From Antedon mediterranea (Eukaryota; Animalia; Echinodermata): 64,000 nt of DNA. Positions 63,689 through 64,000 of this stretch are shown here, piece after piece. Numbering within the stretch: position 1 is the stretch's first letter; every line of letters begins with the position of its first letter. The position numbers were made by a program, and so were the translations under genes. Under the pieces are notes generated by a model, which saw nothing but the letters and a program-made list of their open reading frames with translations, was not told the origin of the DNA and did not search any database. Location: assembly GCF_964355755.1 (NCBI RefSeq), contig NC_092675.1:28058912-28122911 (forward strand), read 5' to 3'.

Positions 63689-64000
63689 TGTCTATTTAAA
63701 TAGCTCTAATTATAAAGACTGCTCAATACTGTGTTATGAATATAAATGAATGATAATAGTATACAGTAACCTTAAACATATTTATTCATATTTATAACCA
63801 CAAATTTATATGTGCTACCTGTAATCAATGTGGCAAGAATAAAAGAATTAGTAAAGTTTAAAAAGTAGCTTATTAAACTCATGGGATATTTAAAGATTTA
63901 AAATGAACAATAGAAGGGATATATCCTGAACGGTACCTATATTATGATAATCTAAAAAAATGGTTGATACAGTACAACTTAATAGAATGATTTAAACTGC

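Overview
This is AT-rich eukaryotic (animal) genomic DNA, not prokaryotic. GT-AG introns, tRNA-derived SINEs with a Deu-like core and abundant TAGGCCTA point to a marine invertebrate, possibly an echinoderm (inference). Nearly all ORFs in the supplied track look spurious. The only well-supported protein-coding gene is the 3' end of a + strand spliced gene: five phase-compatible exons between 1099 and 3797, encoding an acidic then Ser/Arg/Pro-rich tail of unknown identity. Its third exon has competing splice donors and an in-frame TAG. The other ~60 kb is non-coding and rich in mobile DNA: ten copies of a PIF/Harbinger-type MITE, a 1.6 kb non-autonomous Harbinger-like element with internal inverted repeats, a 1.56 kb non-autonomous Helitron, L2, Rex1 and RTE LINE 3' fragments, several SINEs (one flanked by a 126-bp duplication), Penelope-type minimal hammerhead motifs, tiny hairpin insertions with 7-bp duplications, and several satellites including a 74-bp to 92-bp composite array. 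I found no CRISPR array, rRNA or intact tRNA, and no clearly novel multi-gene system. Everything was read by eye, so coordinates of degenerate repeats are approximate and family names need database confirmation.
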